This document shows, one piece after another, positions 1 to 13,375 of a stretch of DNA of 64,000 bases. The stretch is taken from contig JAHLTZ010000009.1 of the NCBI GenBank assembly GCA_025786725.1, positions 682,001 to 746,000 on the forward strand, written 5' to 3'. The notes beneath the pieces were generated by a model that saw nothing but the letters and a program-made list of their open reading frames with translations, made no database searches and was not told where the DNA came from. The stretch is from Syncephalis fuscata S228. Taxonomy: Eukaryota > Fungi > Zoopagomycota. Within the stretch, counting starts at the first letter, position 1. Every line of letters begins with the position of its first letter. A program made the position numbers and the translations under genes.

Positions 1-404
1 AACACAATCAAATAGCCAAGACTATAAATATAACTAATATAAATAGTAAAAAAACAATACCACAAATTAACCGGTAAGTACGACTTGTGCATAGCAATTG
101 TTACCACGCTGTTTAAAACAATCGTTTTATTTAACTGGTAGAAACACTTGGCGGTTAAATATCAGCTCTTTTAATTGACTTTTACTCTACCAAACCTTAA
201 CATAACCTTGAAGACCATTGCTTTTCCACTTCTATATTAGTGAACCAATTTTGTTTCTTGCCTGTTTACTGTTAGTTATTGCCATTAACTAGTCTATTAG
301 CCGCACTTTCTATTCAAAATATTAACGCGTCAACTCTAACCTATTCCCTTGAGTATTTATGTACTGTGTATTCCATTAACACTTCAGCCTTTAACTACAA
401 CAGA

Positions 405-3400
405 ATGCCTCGAAATGGCGAGGAAATTCTTACCGAAGCCTTTCATCGGCGAGAATACCGTTATTTAGACGACGAACAAGACTTTAACGATCATCTAGAC
501 GATGAAACAACCAATGAAGAAGACGAGAACAACCATAATGAAGAAGGCGACGACGAGAACAGTAACAACAGCAACGAGGAAGAAGACAGCCGTGTATTAG
601 GCCAGTTACACCCGAAGTCACCTTTACTCTTGGCGAATAAGACACAGTCAAATAGTCCACAGCCATTATTGTATAATAATAATAATAATAATAACACTGA
701 TGTTAATAACACTGGTGTTAGTAACAATGACATGACTCCAATTCAATTTATTGCATTATCAAATGTTACAGAAGAGCAATTATCAAGTGGCCATCATATT
801 GTTAATCAGTCCGAACAGCCAAATGCGCCCATCAATGGTCATACAAATACAAATGAACTCCATCCAACTATACCTGTTTCTATGGGCCGTTTAAGTCTAG
901 CATTGGCCGATAACTTGGCAGATACTTATATAGGTAATTTACTTACCAGTGCTGTTTATATCAAATAGTTAGTTAATGTATACATATATAATAGACAGTT
1001 ATAGTGGGCAAATATCAACGATATCCAATGCTCGAAAGCGTCAATCACTGGACTTGTCTAACCAAACAGATAAAACACAGCCTATTGATATGCCAACACA
1101 TTTAAGAGACCAAACATTATCAGATGGAAGAAGCCAATTAAGCCGCAGTCTTAGTCCATCTTTATTAATGTCTGCTACTAATAATAATAATAATAATAAT
1201 GATGATGATGATGTATCATCAAGTAATAGAATGAATGAAATGGCCACAGTATTACTTAGTGATGATGATGAAGAAGCATGTCATTTAAAACAAGGAAAAC
1301 AAATAGCACGATCAAAATCAATTCATCGTCGCTCTGCCAGTTACGGTAATCCATTACAAATATCTACTAACATAGCATCTACATTACACAATATGGCATC
1401 AGTAGACGATACGACAGACACTGCTACACCCACTACACCTACTACACCTACTACACCGCTTAAAACAAAGAAGCCTATGGACAGTAAAACCATGGCTAAA
1501 ATGAAAAGAAAATCTATTGAATTTTCCAATAATCTTACCTGTGTTATTTGCTGTGACTATTATCAACAGCCGGTGCGTCTACGTCGTTGTCGTCATTTAT
1601 TCTGTAGACCATGTATTCTAGCCTCATTGGCCCGTACAAGCACCTGTCCTATTTGTAGAACAAAGACCCGTCAACGTGATTTGGTACCATCAGTACGTAC
1701 AGGCAAACTAGTCGATGCCTACAAGTAAGATGTGATTACGCACCCCGTTGTCGATGGATTGGTCAACGCATAGCACTCGATCAACATTTAAGTGTGGACT
1801 GTCGAGAAGTATTGGTGCCATGTTCAGCGGATCCATTACATCCCGACTGCGCCGATAAATATCCACGTCGTAAAATTAATGCCCATCGACGTATTTGTCG
1901 TTGGCGTATGACACCATGTGCCTTTGGCTGTGGTGAATTATTCTATGATACACGTGCACTTACGCTTCATTGTCAACAACAGTGTTTGAATCGTACAGTG
2001 AATTGTTTGCATTGTGATGCCCAACATTTAGCACGTCATCGTGATAGACATTTACTGACTTGTCCACGCGCCATTATACCTTGTCCACATCAAGCAGCAC
2101 TGGGTACAGCAGCGGGTTGTATGGTGCGTGTAGAACGACGCGACCTGCCTTTACATTTACGGCAATGTCGATTTGAGGATATGAAAGATGTGCTGCGTGG
2201 TGTACGTATTCATTTAAATACACTTACGCGTCGCCAAAGGGCCTCTGAACTAAGATATAAAGCAGAATTACGGCGTATTACGACACTGACACTGCATAGT
2301 AGTGATTTGCGTGATACGTTTCATTTACGTAATCTGTTACGCTTTAATCCGGCTATTCGGGCCCTTCACATTCGTGACTTTCAACCAGGGCCGGCCTGGG
2401 TTCAATTAACTGAGGTACTGCAAGATAATGCATGGCCTATTCATACACTTAATCTGCATGGCAGTACTATTGAAAAGACGGGCGCGGTATTACTGGCCAA
2501 AGCACTGCGTACCAATCAGAGAACGCGTCATTTAATACTTACCGATAACGTTATTGGTGACCAAGGAGTAGAATTCCTAATGAAAGCACTAATGGAAGGC
2601 AGTCAGCCGAATCATTTGAATACAACATCTATAAACATGAATGGCTCGGCGAATACAGCGACTACATCCACCAACACGCCAACTGTTAATAACAGTAACA
2701 ATAGCAACAATAATAACCACAATAGTAATAGTAATAGTACTGGATATAGTGCGTTAAGGCATTGGCCATTTCAACGACCACAAACTACTTTGCGTGACAC
2801 CGCTACTGTTAATGGAAGACAGCCAAATCAACATTATCGACGTACATCGGCACCTGCTGAATCTACTTTACCTAACAATGGACTATCCAATACATTAGGA
2901 TCATCGCCATCAACATCGCTTGGCTCTTCTATAGGCTATCATACAATGCCCACTCAATTAGTAGCATTATCATTGGGCAATACAACATCAAATCAACATG
3001 GACGCTCTAACAGATCAACTCGTCCCACACCGGTATGGCTAGCTCAACAAGGACAAAGCACAATTTCCAATGGTATTAGCACTGCCAGTACAGCGACTAA
3101 TACTAGTGCTGCTGCCACTACTGCTACTGCTACTGGCACTAGCGCTACCGCTAATAACAATAGCAGTAATAACAATCATGGTACTGCACAGCCATGGCCA
3201 ACATTACTAGGACAGCCTGCCTCATTGCCAACTTATTTATATCATCCGCGTAATAGATTAACTACTTTATTACTAAGTGGCTGTTTATTAACTGATAATC
3301 GGCTGAATTACTAGCCCGTGGTCTATCTACACTGCCTCGCCTCCACACACTTGATCTATCATGGAATAGATTTAGACATCGAGGGGCTGAACAAATAGGC

Positions 3401-4524
3401 TATGCACTTAGTACACACCCATCATTGAGGCGGTTTAATTTCTCGGCCAATGATCTGGGCCCTAAAGGCAGTGAGGCATTGGCGGGCATGATTGGCCGTA
3501 ATGCTATTTTACGTGAACTTGATTTATCACGTAACAAGTTAGGTGGTGCTAAAGGATTAGAGGCATGTCACGGGCTCTTAGTCCATCTTTACTAAGAGCA
3601 TCACGTGGTGAAGTGGCTGCATTTAATATTGGTCCATCATCGATGATGTCACATGGACCACGTAAAAGTATTGATCACTCTACAAATTATCAACAACAGA
3701 ATATGGCCAATACAGCTAATTATACAAATCAGCAACCATCTATACCCAATAGTCGATTAAAAACAACATCAACCACCAATGCAACAAATATACGTCAACG
3801 AGCCACCTCTTCACCTAGTCTTAATTTAAATGATCTATTTATGCCACCCACCAATGATACTACTACTAATGCCAATAACAACAACAACAACAGCAGCAGT
3901 AGCAGCAGCAACAATAATAATAATAATAATATGGCATCGGTTTATTCACCATTACCACGTCGTACATCATCTGGTGGTGCAGTGACATCGATAGGTGGTG
4001 GTGCGTCAATGCATCTACCTACGAATACTACACTACGTATACTTCGATTAAATGATAATGCTATTGATGATACGGGTGCTTTACATTTATCACGGGCTCT
4101 GTTAAAACATCCAGGTTTGCGACGTATTGATTTGGCGGATAATCGTATTAGTGATATAGGCATTACCGAACTATTAGACGCCATTTATGAATCGGGTCGA
4201 CCACGTACTCTTCATATACGTGGTAACTCATCGGTGTCGCGTGAACTACAGTATGAAGTAAGTGGACTGGCTCGTGAAGCAGCCATCTACGCCGATCAAT
4301 TAGGCGAACCGATGACCGACGATGAATCATCCCCCTCGACCGATAATACCGATAGTGATAATGATGGTGACGGTGATGGTGGTAATGAAGGCAATAGCTC
4401 TTGGCTAGATGAATATGAACTAGGTGATGAATTGGATAACCTTACATTGCCAGTTTATCATTCAAGAAATGATAGAAATGGGCACACTTCCAAGAAGGAA
4501 ATGTCTACATTGTTTAAAAGATAG
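405..4524 (+). CDS. RING finger + TRAF-type zinc fingers + RNI-like leucine-rich-repeat protein (putative E3 ligase); one intron and three 1-nt frameshifts
   Basis: C3HC4 RING (CVICCDY...CRHLFCRPCI...CPIC), TRAF-ZnF repeats (HRRICRWRMTPCAFGCGE; HLLTCPRAIIPCPH) and LRRs (LRILRLNDNAIDDTGALHLSRAL). Intron 934-994. ORFs 976, 1794, an untracked segment 3302-3564 (AELLARGLSTLPRLHTLDLSWNRF) and 3565 join through -1 shifts at about 1724, 3298 and 3564. Confidence 0.85.
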
Positions 4525-4654
4525 TGATGGCATTGACAAGTGATTTAAAATTATTATTATTATTATACAAAGTATAGCTTTATTTTATGTATACTATTCA
4601 ATCCAACTATTACATTATTAGCATTGTTGTTTTAAATAAATGAGTAGCAATGAA

Positions 4655-6097
4655 TTAATGTTTCCAGCCTTGTTCGTGTCCATCTACCATTTGTGGTTCT
4701 AATAAGCCGCGGAATTGCCATTGATCCAATAAAGCTGTAGTGTTAGAGGCTGTATTGAAAGATGGTGTGTAGGTCCAACGTGCACCGTATCCATCTTCGT
4801 TACGTATTTCGTAGGCAATAATATTATGCTAGAATGATTTGCTGTTTTAATTGAATGATAAATAAATATAAATACCTACTGGTAATTGGTGTAGATTACG
4901 CCACACGACACTAGCTAGAATCTTTGACAAGGCAATATTGGCCACTTTATTTTTATTATGATCGGCTTATAATAGCAATAACAATCATATTAGCTAATGG
5001 TTTTATGGTATAGTATGCACTTACATCCGGTACAAACACCCCAGAAACTTTGGCTCATATCTCGATGGCTATGTTTTGATAATGCTTTAGCACCAACAGT
5101 CAATTGACTGGGTGGCAACGATGCTCGCTTTGGTTTTCTATTACGACAATGGGTTTGTTAATGGTCAAGCTACGGTAACTAGCCAGTTACCTCGATGAAC
5201 TGGTAGAGAGGTAGCGACGGGTAAATGCCCCGATACATGTATCCAACGAAGGTGGTAGTAATAGCTGTAACGATGAAGTTAACGCCGTAGTATCTTGCAT
5301 TAAAACTGAGCCAACAGTTGTTTGTAGGCCAAGAAATGGTGCATAGTCTTTAAGGGTCAGTATCTAATTAATGCGCTTGCTCATTAGTTGGCTATAATAC
5401 TATTTCTGTATGCTATTTACTTGCATTGAATAAAAATTCAAACATTGTGCTGTGAGCCAATTGATCTTCTTCAGTTGCAGTCGTGTCGTCATTATTAATC
5501 CATAAAGGTGTATACTCATTGATGGCGGTTATAATTCTAGATATATTATAATTTTGTAATTGAATAATTATAGTCTACTTACCTTTGCTCTACAGTGCTT
5601 GTTACATTTAATAAGTGGATGTTTCTCATGGCTTTTGAAACTATAGTATTGGCATGGTCAAGGATGCAGGCTTGAGATGACTGCAAGCTAATGATCTGTT
5701 CTGCTAGCGCGTAGGCTAATGTTATATAGTGTGGTCTAGAGGATATACCAAATCTAAATGGATGAGCAATTAGTGGAAAAGTTGAGTTACTTTCAGGCGA
5801 TTCAGTAGGACATTGTTGCTCTAATAAAGTGTATAAATGTTGTTGTACATCAGTATTGTCGCTGATATTCTATATGATTTTGTTTGTAAGTAGAATAGCT
5901 GGTTGTGGTGTACCTACAGCATCAGTATCGGGTAAAGAAATAGTTGACGTATCGTAGAGTAGTTCACGGGCCAATGCACAGATAATAGAATGCGGATATT
6001 TAGTAATTTTATCAACTTCTTTATCCTGCTCCAGTGTCGACTCAAGTGCATGTTTTATTAAACGTGCTAAACGAAAAGTCAGTGTTGCGATATCCAT
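4655..6097 (-). CDS. Multi-exon homolog of the C-terminal domain of plant ASCH-domain proteins; one in-frame TAG at 5870-5872
   Basis: Spliced translation gives LTVGAKALSKHSHR..FWG, WRNLHQLPHNIIAYEIRNEDGYGARW and FRGLLEPQMVDGHEQGWKH*, matching the motif set I recall for that family. Confidence 0.75.
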
Positions 6098-6199
6098 TAT
6101 GTTTTGCAATTTAATAAAGAGTGCTGATTATTATTGACCATACATCATTGGATCTATTTTTATCACTGATCATCTTAGATGATTTGATCTATATACTAT

Positions 6200-6610
6200 A
6201 ATTTTATTTTTCATACAGATCGTTGAATTATGGCTGTCTATAGACTTTTTATTACTTATTATAGTAGAATCGATATACAATAAGAAGAGCAGGAATAGCG
6301 GTGTTGAGGTTATAGTGCATATAATGCAATGAGTGGAATGAGTCAAGTGTGTTGGAACGTATGCTGAATAGAATGTGTCTAGTGTATGACAGAATGATAT
6401 ATAGTAGTATGGATAGAACAGGAATGATATGAATGAATAGAGGCTATATGCGTACTGAATAATCGATCTATAATACTGAGTAGTTTAGACTTTAGTGTCA
6501 CTCACCACCCAGTCCCATGTTCACTGAAGTGGATGTATAGTTCAGTTGCGCGAATATAATCAAATATAGTCATTTGCCCCCAAATTATACTATGATCAAT
6601 AGATTGCTCA
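6200..6610. mobile_element. Partial (right-end) copy of the long-TIR family
   Basis: TGAGTAGTTTAGACTTTAGTGTCACTCACCACCCAGTCCCATGTTCA and internal AATGTGTCTAGTGTA align with 23715-23870. Confidence 0.6.
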
Positions 6611-7627
6611 TAAAAACAAGTTGTGTAGTAGTGCTAAACGACCCACAACCTGTTGTGCGTTTATCTGACTTAATAGGCACGTAACAGGGCCCATGAGTTC
6701 TTTAAAGTTAAAAATAAAACAACACATGATACGCATTTATTAGTGCAATAGCACTGGCAGAAATCAATAAGACAATTGGCCAAATGAACCACCAATATTG
6801 TTAACATAAATAACGTGTTGCAGTTGTATCGGATGCAACTAATTGTGGTGTGTTAATTTTGGCAAAAAGCTATTTCTATTTAGTCAATAAAAGAAGTAGC
6901 AATAACAGCAAGGTGCCTAGAATATCCTATTTACTATTGCGATATGGCTGCACGCGGCCTTTCAAGTGGTGCGCCAAGCAATCGAGTTTTGCGACTCATG
7001 GCTTGTAAAACTGCAGCCTGCTATACCGATTGCAATGTGACTTTCAATGAACACCAATCACCACACAATAAAACACCGAGGATCGACTATTGGTGCATTG
7101 TCATTCAGCATCCTTATTATTGTTTGTATAGCCTTCAGCTACCTATACTGTCAATGTACCACGTACTATTTTTGAATTATTCATTCTGTAATAAACACTA
7201 AACTTGATTACAAGGTTTAACGAACAATGTGCATTAATTATAGCGCTATGTGCTTGGCTATTGTCAAATCGTTTATTCACTCAAAATTAGAACAAGGCAC
7301 TCGGCCATACCCGTTTTTACCGACGTGCTTCTGACAATAGGGCATACCTGCATGGCCTACGGCACAGGGTGTATTGAAGCGCGCAACCAACGTCACATTG
7401 TATATACTAACAACTGGATTTTCCACACTGTAGCACAATAAGACAAGGCGAATGAACATGCAGTTGAGCGTTTAAATAGATGCGCCATTTGCATGTCGGT
7501 TAGCGCAGTATCATTAGCTCTTCATCAATTTCGCGGATTCACCATCTTTTCTGGTACTTCCCACCAATATCTGTTTATTGTGTTCTTTGCTGTGCAAAGT
7601 CCTTTAGTTAACATTTAAATACCAACC

Positions 7628-8511
7628 ATGTATCTTTCTGCTATTACTGCTTTGACCGCTTTGTACGCCGTCTCTAGTGTATCTGGTCACGGCCATTTGT
7701 CCTACCCCCCTTGCCGTGGATGCGACAAATATAATACGGCACGCGATAGCATCAACAGCCCGCTCCTAACACCAAACCTCTGTCGTGGTGAGCCGGCCGG
7801 TGTTGTTACGACGGTTAATCATCAATTGACGCTGCAAATCGATGCCTCTGCTCCTCATGTAGGACCGTGCAGCGTTTACCTTCTTGATGAGAATCTTGGA
7901 AATCCTATCAAGGTTGCCGACAAGGAAAACTGTGCCGCACCTGTTTAGACCACTCTTGGGCCATAGATATCCCATCCGACATAACTGGCCGCAAGGTACT
8001 TCGTTGGACCTGGGAAGGTTGCCATGTCCAGCCATGTGAGAAATATGAGCAATGCTCTGATATCACAATATCGGGCGGCAATGGTGGATATACCCAGAAA
8101 CCGCCAGTTGATACTCCAGTCGCTAGTGTTTATACTCCAGCTACTGCTCCATATACACCACCATCATCACCGGCAGCCAAACCAAAGAAAGGACCAGCTA
8201 CTTTGGGAATTACACTTGGACAAGCCGATAAATATGACGACAGCGATGACGACAGCGATGTCGACAGCGACGGTGACTACAGCAGTAAGCAGCCAAGCAC
8301 CCCCGGCTCTACCTATGCACAGAAGTCGCCAAATGACGCATCTGACGCAGCTGGATGCAGCTCTGGCCAGTACACTTGTAATGGCAACAAGTTTGGTATT
8401 TGCAACGGCAAAGGCTACACTTGGTTTGGCTGTTCTCCCGGATCTATTTGCCATCAGTCCAAAGACAGCTATTATTGCGGTCCACCAAAACAACAACCTG
8501 CCTATTATTAA
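7628..8511 (+). CDS. Secreted LPMO-like (His-brace) protein with Pro/Thr linker and C-terminal CBM19-like module; 1-nt frameshift near 7943
   Basis: Signal peptide ending VSG followed by HGHLSYPPCRG; second His in APHVGPC; after the shift LRWTWEGCHVQPCEKYEQCSDI; C-terminal CSSGQYTCNGNKFGICNGKGYTWFGCSPGSIC. Confidence 0.8.
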
Positions 8512-9304
8512 GCTATTACAACAATCAGCACATTAATACTAGTGTTTATAATGGCAAATAGTACTTGGTTATATCTTAAATTAACATTTAAACAAATTAG
8601 TCAATATAAAAACATTAGGCTGGCCTTTTGTTACTTGTATTGACTACTTATATCTGAACATATCTAAACGAGTAGTTAAATAAATAACTTTTTATATATT
8701 ATAAATCAACGTCATTCCATCTTTACTGTGTGCAAACTATGTAACATGTAACTTTAAATATTTATTGTAATTAACATTAATACTACTATGAAAATAAAAT
8801 AGCAATCTAAACATATAAAGTGCGCAAAAATAAAAAGGTTATTACTATTATTTTTTATTTAAAATAATCAATGATATAGCTTCTTTTACCTAAATAAAAA
8901 ACGTGCTATAAATTTGCTAAAAGTACGCAGCTACAATTCTTTAACATAATTACAAATACGATAATTATGCTTACACTTTACAAACACATTTAATGGTGTT
9001 AATTGTCGTAATAATTAAATAAAATATTACACATTTATATCGTATACTGTGTATACTTTTACTTCTAGTTAGTGTGCGTTAGTTGCTTTAACTTGTATTA
9101 TTCTACAGTTTACAACACGTGTAATACAGAGTTTGGTTGTTATATTATTTATCATTGCTACTGTTTCCTAGTACTATTGAATCAAAATCTCGCTTTATTT
9201 ACTTTAATAAAAAATAACCATCAATTACGAATAAACCAAATTGAAATTATCTTTGTTTCATGTAAAGATTAAAGCTTGCTTGATTTATGATATTTAAGCG
9301 GCTA

Positions 9305-10502
9305 TTAAAGTCCATGTCCGTCTTGCGATTTGTGCGTATCCTGCTTACGGCTTTCATGATCACGAGATGCTCCATTTTGGCCATGTTCACCATTTGGTTT
9401 CTTATACTCCATATGCTTATCAAAGAAGCCGCCTCGATGTTCTTGGTCAAATAATAGCTTTTTAAAGTCTTCATTATTCATATCGCGACGGAAACGATGT
9501 TCTTGGCCTGGTCTATGGCTTTCATGGTCACGAGATGCTTCATTTGGGCCATGTTCACCATTTAATTCCTTATGCATTTCAGGACCACGATGATCATTTC
9601 CTTGATGTTCCTTATGCTGGCCAGGGAAGCCACCTCGATGCTCTTGATCAAATGATGACTTTTTAAAGTCTTCATTATTCATATCGCGACGGAAACGATG
9701 TTCTTGGCCTGGTCTATGGCTTTCATGGTCGCGAGATGCTTCATTTGGGCCATGTTCACCATTTAATCCCTTATGCATTTCAGGACCACGATGATCATTT
9801 CCTTGATGTTCCTTATGCTGGCCAGGGAAGCCACCTCGATGCTCTTGGTCAAATGATGACTTTTTAAAGTCTTCATTATTCATATCGCGACGGAAACGGT
9901 GTTCTTGGCCTGGTTTATGGCTTTCATGGTCACGAGATGCTTCATTTGGGCCATGTTCACCATTTAATCCCTTATGCATTTCAGGACCACGATGATCATT
10001 TCCTTGATGTTCCTTATGCTGGCCAGGGAAGCCACCTCGATGCTCTTGATCAAATGATGACTTTTTAAAGTCTTCATTATTCATATCGCGACGGAAACGG
10101 TGTTCTTGGCCTGGTTTATGGCTTTCATGGTCGCGAGATGCTTCATTTGGGCCATGTTCACCATTTAATCCCTTATGCATTTCAGGACCACGATGATCAT
10201 TTCCTTGATGTTCCTTATGCTGGCCAGGGAAGCCACCTCGATGCTCTTGGTCAAATGATGGCTTTTTAAAGTCTTCATTATTCATGTCACGGCGGAGGAG
10301 CTGACCTTGGGGTAAATCATAGTGATTAAATTCACCCTTAATATTATAAAATAGAGAAGAATCTTAATGTCAAAGATTATTAATTAATGTTTATAACAGT
10401 ATGTATGTTTATATTACCTTTGGGGGTAGGCTGTGCGTATATTGTGCCAACCAGGGCAGACAATATATAAGTGGTGGCGACAAGAATGGTAAAGTTACGC
10501 AT
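9305..10502 (-). CDS. Kex2-processed repeat protein (KEP): signal peptide plus about 5 His/Gly/Glu-rich units of 67 aa
   Basis: Exon 1 MRNFTILVATTYILSALVGTIYAQPTPK; intron 10417-10363; then ...QLLRR|DMNNEDFKK... Units are separated by FRR|D. Confidence 0.85.
9330..10290. repeat. 201-bp coding tandem repeat: 4 near-identical copies plus a diverged fifth
   Basis: The unit DMNNEDFKK..EHRFRR recurs every 201 bp. Confidence 0.95.
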
Positions 10503-11658
10503 TTTGTGCTTTCGTTTGTTCTATAAACGTTGAAGTTTGAAAAAAGTGAGAGCGAAAAGCTTTATGCTGGCAGTGTGAAATCTAGCTAGAAGTGATGATG
10601 AATTGGTATTTACAAAGCTAGTGCTTATGAGTGCTTTTATAGTAGATTAATTGGCAGTCTTTCTTAGTTACTGCGTCTTGGGAAGCTGTAGAATCAATCA
10701 TAATAGAAGTGAGTTTGAAATTATAAATATCTGTAGGCATTTTAAATTCTTGGCGATATTAATAATTAATGTTGCAAGCAAACTTGTTAGCTTTTTTCAG
10801 TAAATAAAATGCAAGCTATTTTTAAATAGATAGCATTGTAAAAGTGAAATCCAAAAGTAGCTATACTAATTTATATTGTCGAGTATTAAACGGCAATGGT
10901 AGTACAAACTAGATAGCGGCATAATTAACCAACTTTGCCTATACAATAAAGCAATGCTAAAATGTTTACACTAGTGGTAATAAAGTCAAAAAAACAGTGC
11001 TTATATGGTATTCTAGTAAATTGAATAGTAATAATATTGCTATTAATTTGATTGTTGCTGTTTTTTTAATGCTACTTGAACTGATAACTAATTATACTGG
11101 TTACCCATCTAACCAAAAAAGTAACTAAATTTACTGATTCGGAGTTTATTTTTATACATTTATGGCAAAAAATATTTTTTAAATAATTGCCAAGAATTGA
11201 CATAACCGATAGATATTGTGATACCGTTGTGGTTACTTGAGACGTGTAAGAATAATAGTAAAGAAACATAGATTTAGAATTAAGCAATGCTTTTATAAAC
11301 TATCAAAGCAAGAAATAAGATAAAAGTTTAATTGCATCCAGATGAGAACCCGTCAGCTACCAATTTCTTTACCATAATACTGATGATTACATGCTCACTC
11401 TTTTGGATTTACCCCAGTAAATAGCATTTAAATTGTTTGTATTAAGTTTTTAACTAATACGTTTTATTTCTGCTAATTCTATTAAATTAAAATTACGTTT
11501 TATCTGCTTTAATAACCAAAAACGTAACAAATTTACAGCCTGTAAAAAAAGCTATTTTATTGAACAGCTTGTTTAATGTAATTTGTCTAAAATTGTTTTT
11601 GCTTTAATTGCTTAATATCCAGTAGCTCTTTTACATAAGAAATTGTGGAGATAGACAA

Positions 11659-13375
11659 CTAAATAAAAATGGCGAAAAAAACAGCAAACAAAACATATAG
11701 ATTGTAGTTTTTTGCTTTCCACCATGGCATACGCCAGTTTGCGCTTTTGTGAGCTATTATGGCGCCTGGGACTGCGGCTAGTTTAATAAGATCCGCTCCC
11801 CGAGCCTGATCGCGCTCAATGATACGTACTATTTTTTTGAGTCTTGCCGCATTAAAAAGAAACTTTTTTTTGTTTGAATTATCTGATAATAAACGATAAA
11901 GCATTTTATCAAGTGTTTCCTCGTTTACTTGCAATTTTGGTAGCCATAAGCCTACTCCCTGTTCCGCCAGTTCAATAGCGTCGCCTGGTTGATCGATAAA
12001 AGCAGATATTCCAATAATTGGTACACCTGTGTGTAATGTCTCATGAACAGATGACATACCACAGCGTGTAATAAATAATTTGGTTGATGGATGTTGCAAT
12101 ATAGCTTGTTGTGATGCACAATTCAATAAATGAATTACTGGATGTTTATCCAAGCGCATGTCTCCAATACTGTGCGCAATGTCATCAACAGTTATAGTTT
12201 TAGGCACTGTATTGTGCCCATCATCATCATACATGCTCGACCGCATTAATCTCCACACCACATCATCAAGCAATCCTTTTTATGAGCAACCAATAAAGCA
12301 TGTATAATCTGTGTTATGCATTGAGGGGATATAATAGTAATGGTGCCAAAACCAACATAGACTACTCATTTACGCATATCCAAGAATTCACGTAATTTGT
12401 TCGATAATGGCGCAAAAATTGGCGGCATAAAAAGCCCAATTATAAATGTGTTGGCTGGCAGTGGCTGCGGTGTCTGGCAAACAGTCAGTATAATTTTTCA
12501 CGATTACTGGCAGCTTACTTCAAAACCAAAAAAGCTATTTACCAGTACTATACCATGTCGCCAACAGTCAGCGTAATTTGTGTACGGAGTAACACCAAGC
12601 TCAGACATAGTATACCGTTTTTTATAATGGTATCCCAAGAGCTCAGCAAAAACCGCGCTGGCAACAGAACGGTATCGGATAGACGTTCCATAAATGTGGC
12701 ATGCTCGTAGGTTGATGAGATTGTGTTGAAAGCATTTGTTATATAAGGCTGCGTTATAAAATCTACACAAGTCAGACCAATGATACAATCGTTTATCCGG
12801 AACATAGTTACCTAGCCCACCAAGCATAGGTGTAGTGGCCACAAAAGGGCGTTTTGCGTAACGGGCAGCGTCGTAGCGGCCGTAGTTGAGAAAATCACAC
12901 ACCACAACATCTACTGCATTGTCTTTAATCCATTGACTGAAAAGCTTGAATTTGCTTGCATATGAGTGTAGGCTTAATCGCCGTACTACCACAGCAAATT
13001 CTACCGGATCTGCATCGGTATCAGAAAACAAATATCTACGACATGATTCCATTATGACAGTCTTATTCAATGAATTTTCACCAAGGCTTATCGGGTGCAA
13101 GGATGGATAGTCTTTCAACCAGGATGCCAGTGTATCGCTGTAGCTGGCAAATGTCACATTATGCCCACGAGCCGACAGTATGTTGCCTAGCAATAGCTGT
13201 GGTGCCGTGTGCGAGCACGCACTAACTGCAGTGTTCATTAAAATATTCAATGGATGATCAAGGTCCGCATGCTGGCTAAAAGCCGATTCAACACTACTGG
13301 CTTTAACTGAAGCCTGCGATTTAGTATAGCATACAGCAACAAGCTAATACTAAAAAACAGTTTTTTCAGCTGCAT
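11659..13375 (-). pseudogene. UDP-glycosyltransferase (GT1, membrane-anchored UGT type), multiply disrupted
   Basis: N-terminal SHTAPQLLLGNILSARGHNVTF and DVVVCDF; degenerate UGT signature CASQQAILQHPSTKLFITRCGMSSVHETLHTGVPIIGISAFIDQ (usual W, H and N residues substituted); C-terminal TM; split over at least 4 frames. Confidence 0.8.

Noticed and set aside
1720-3570. Programmed -1 ribosomal frameshifting in the RING-LRR gene
   Set aside because: No slippery heptamers, and the same defect occurs in unrelated genes.
5870-5872. Possible TAG codon reassignment
   Set aside because: TAG is the normal stop of other genes here (for example 4522-4524, 18989-18991 and 58801-58803).
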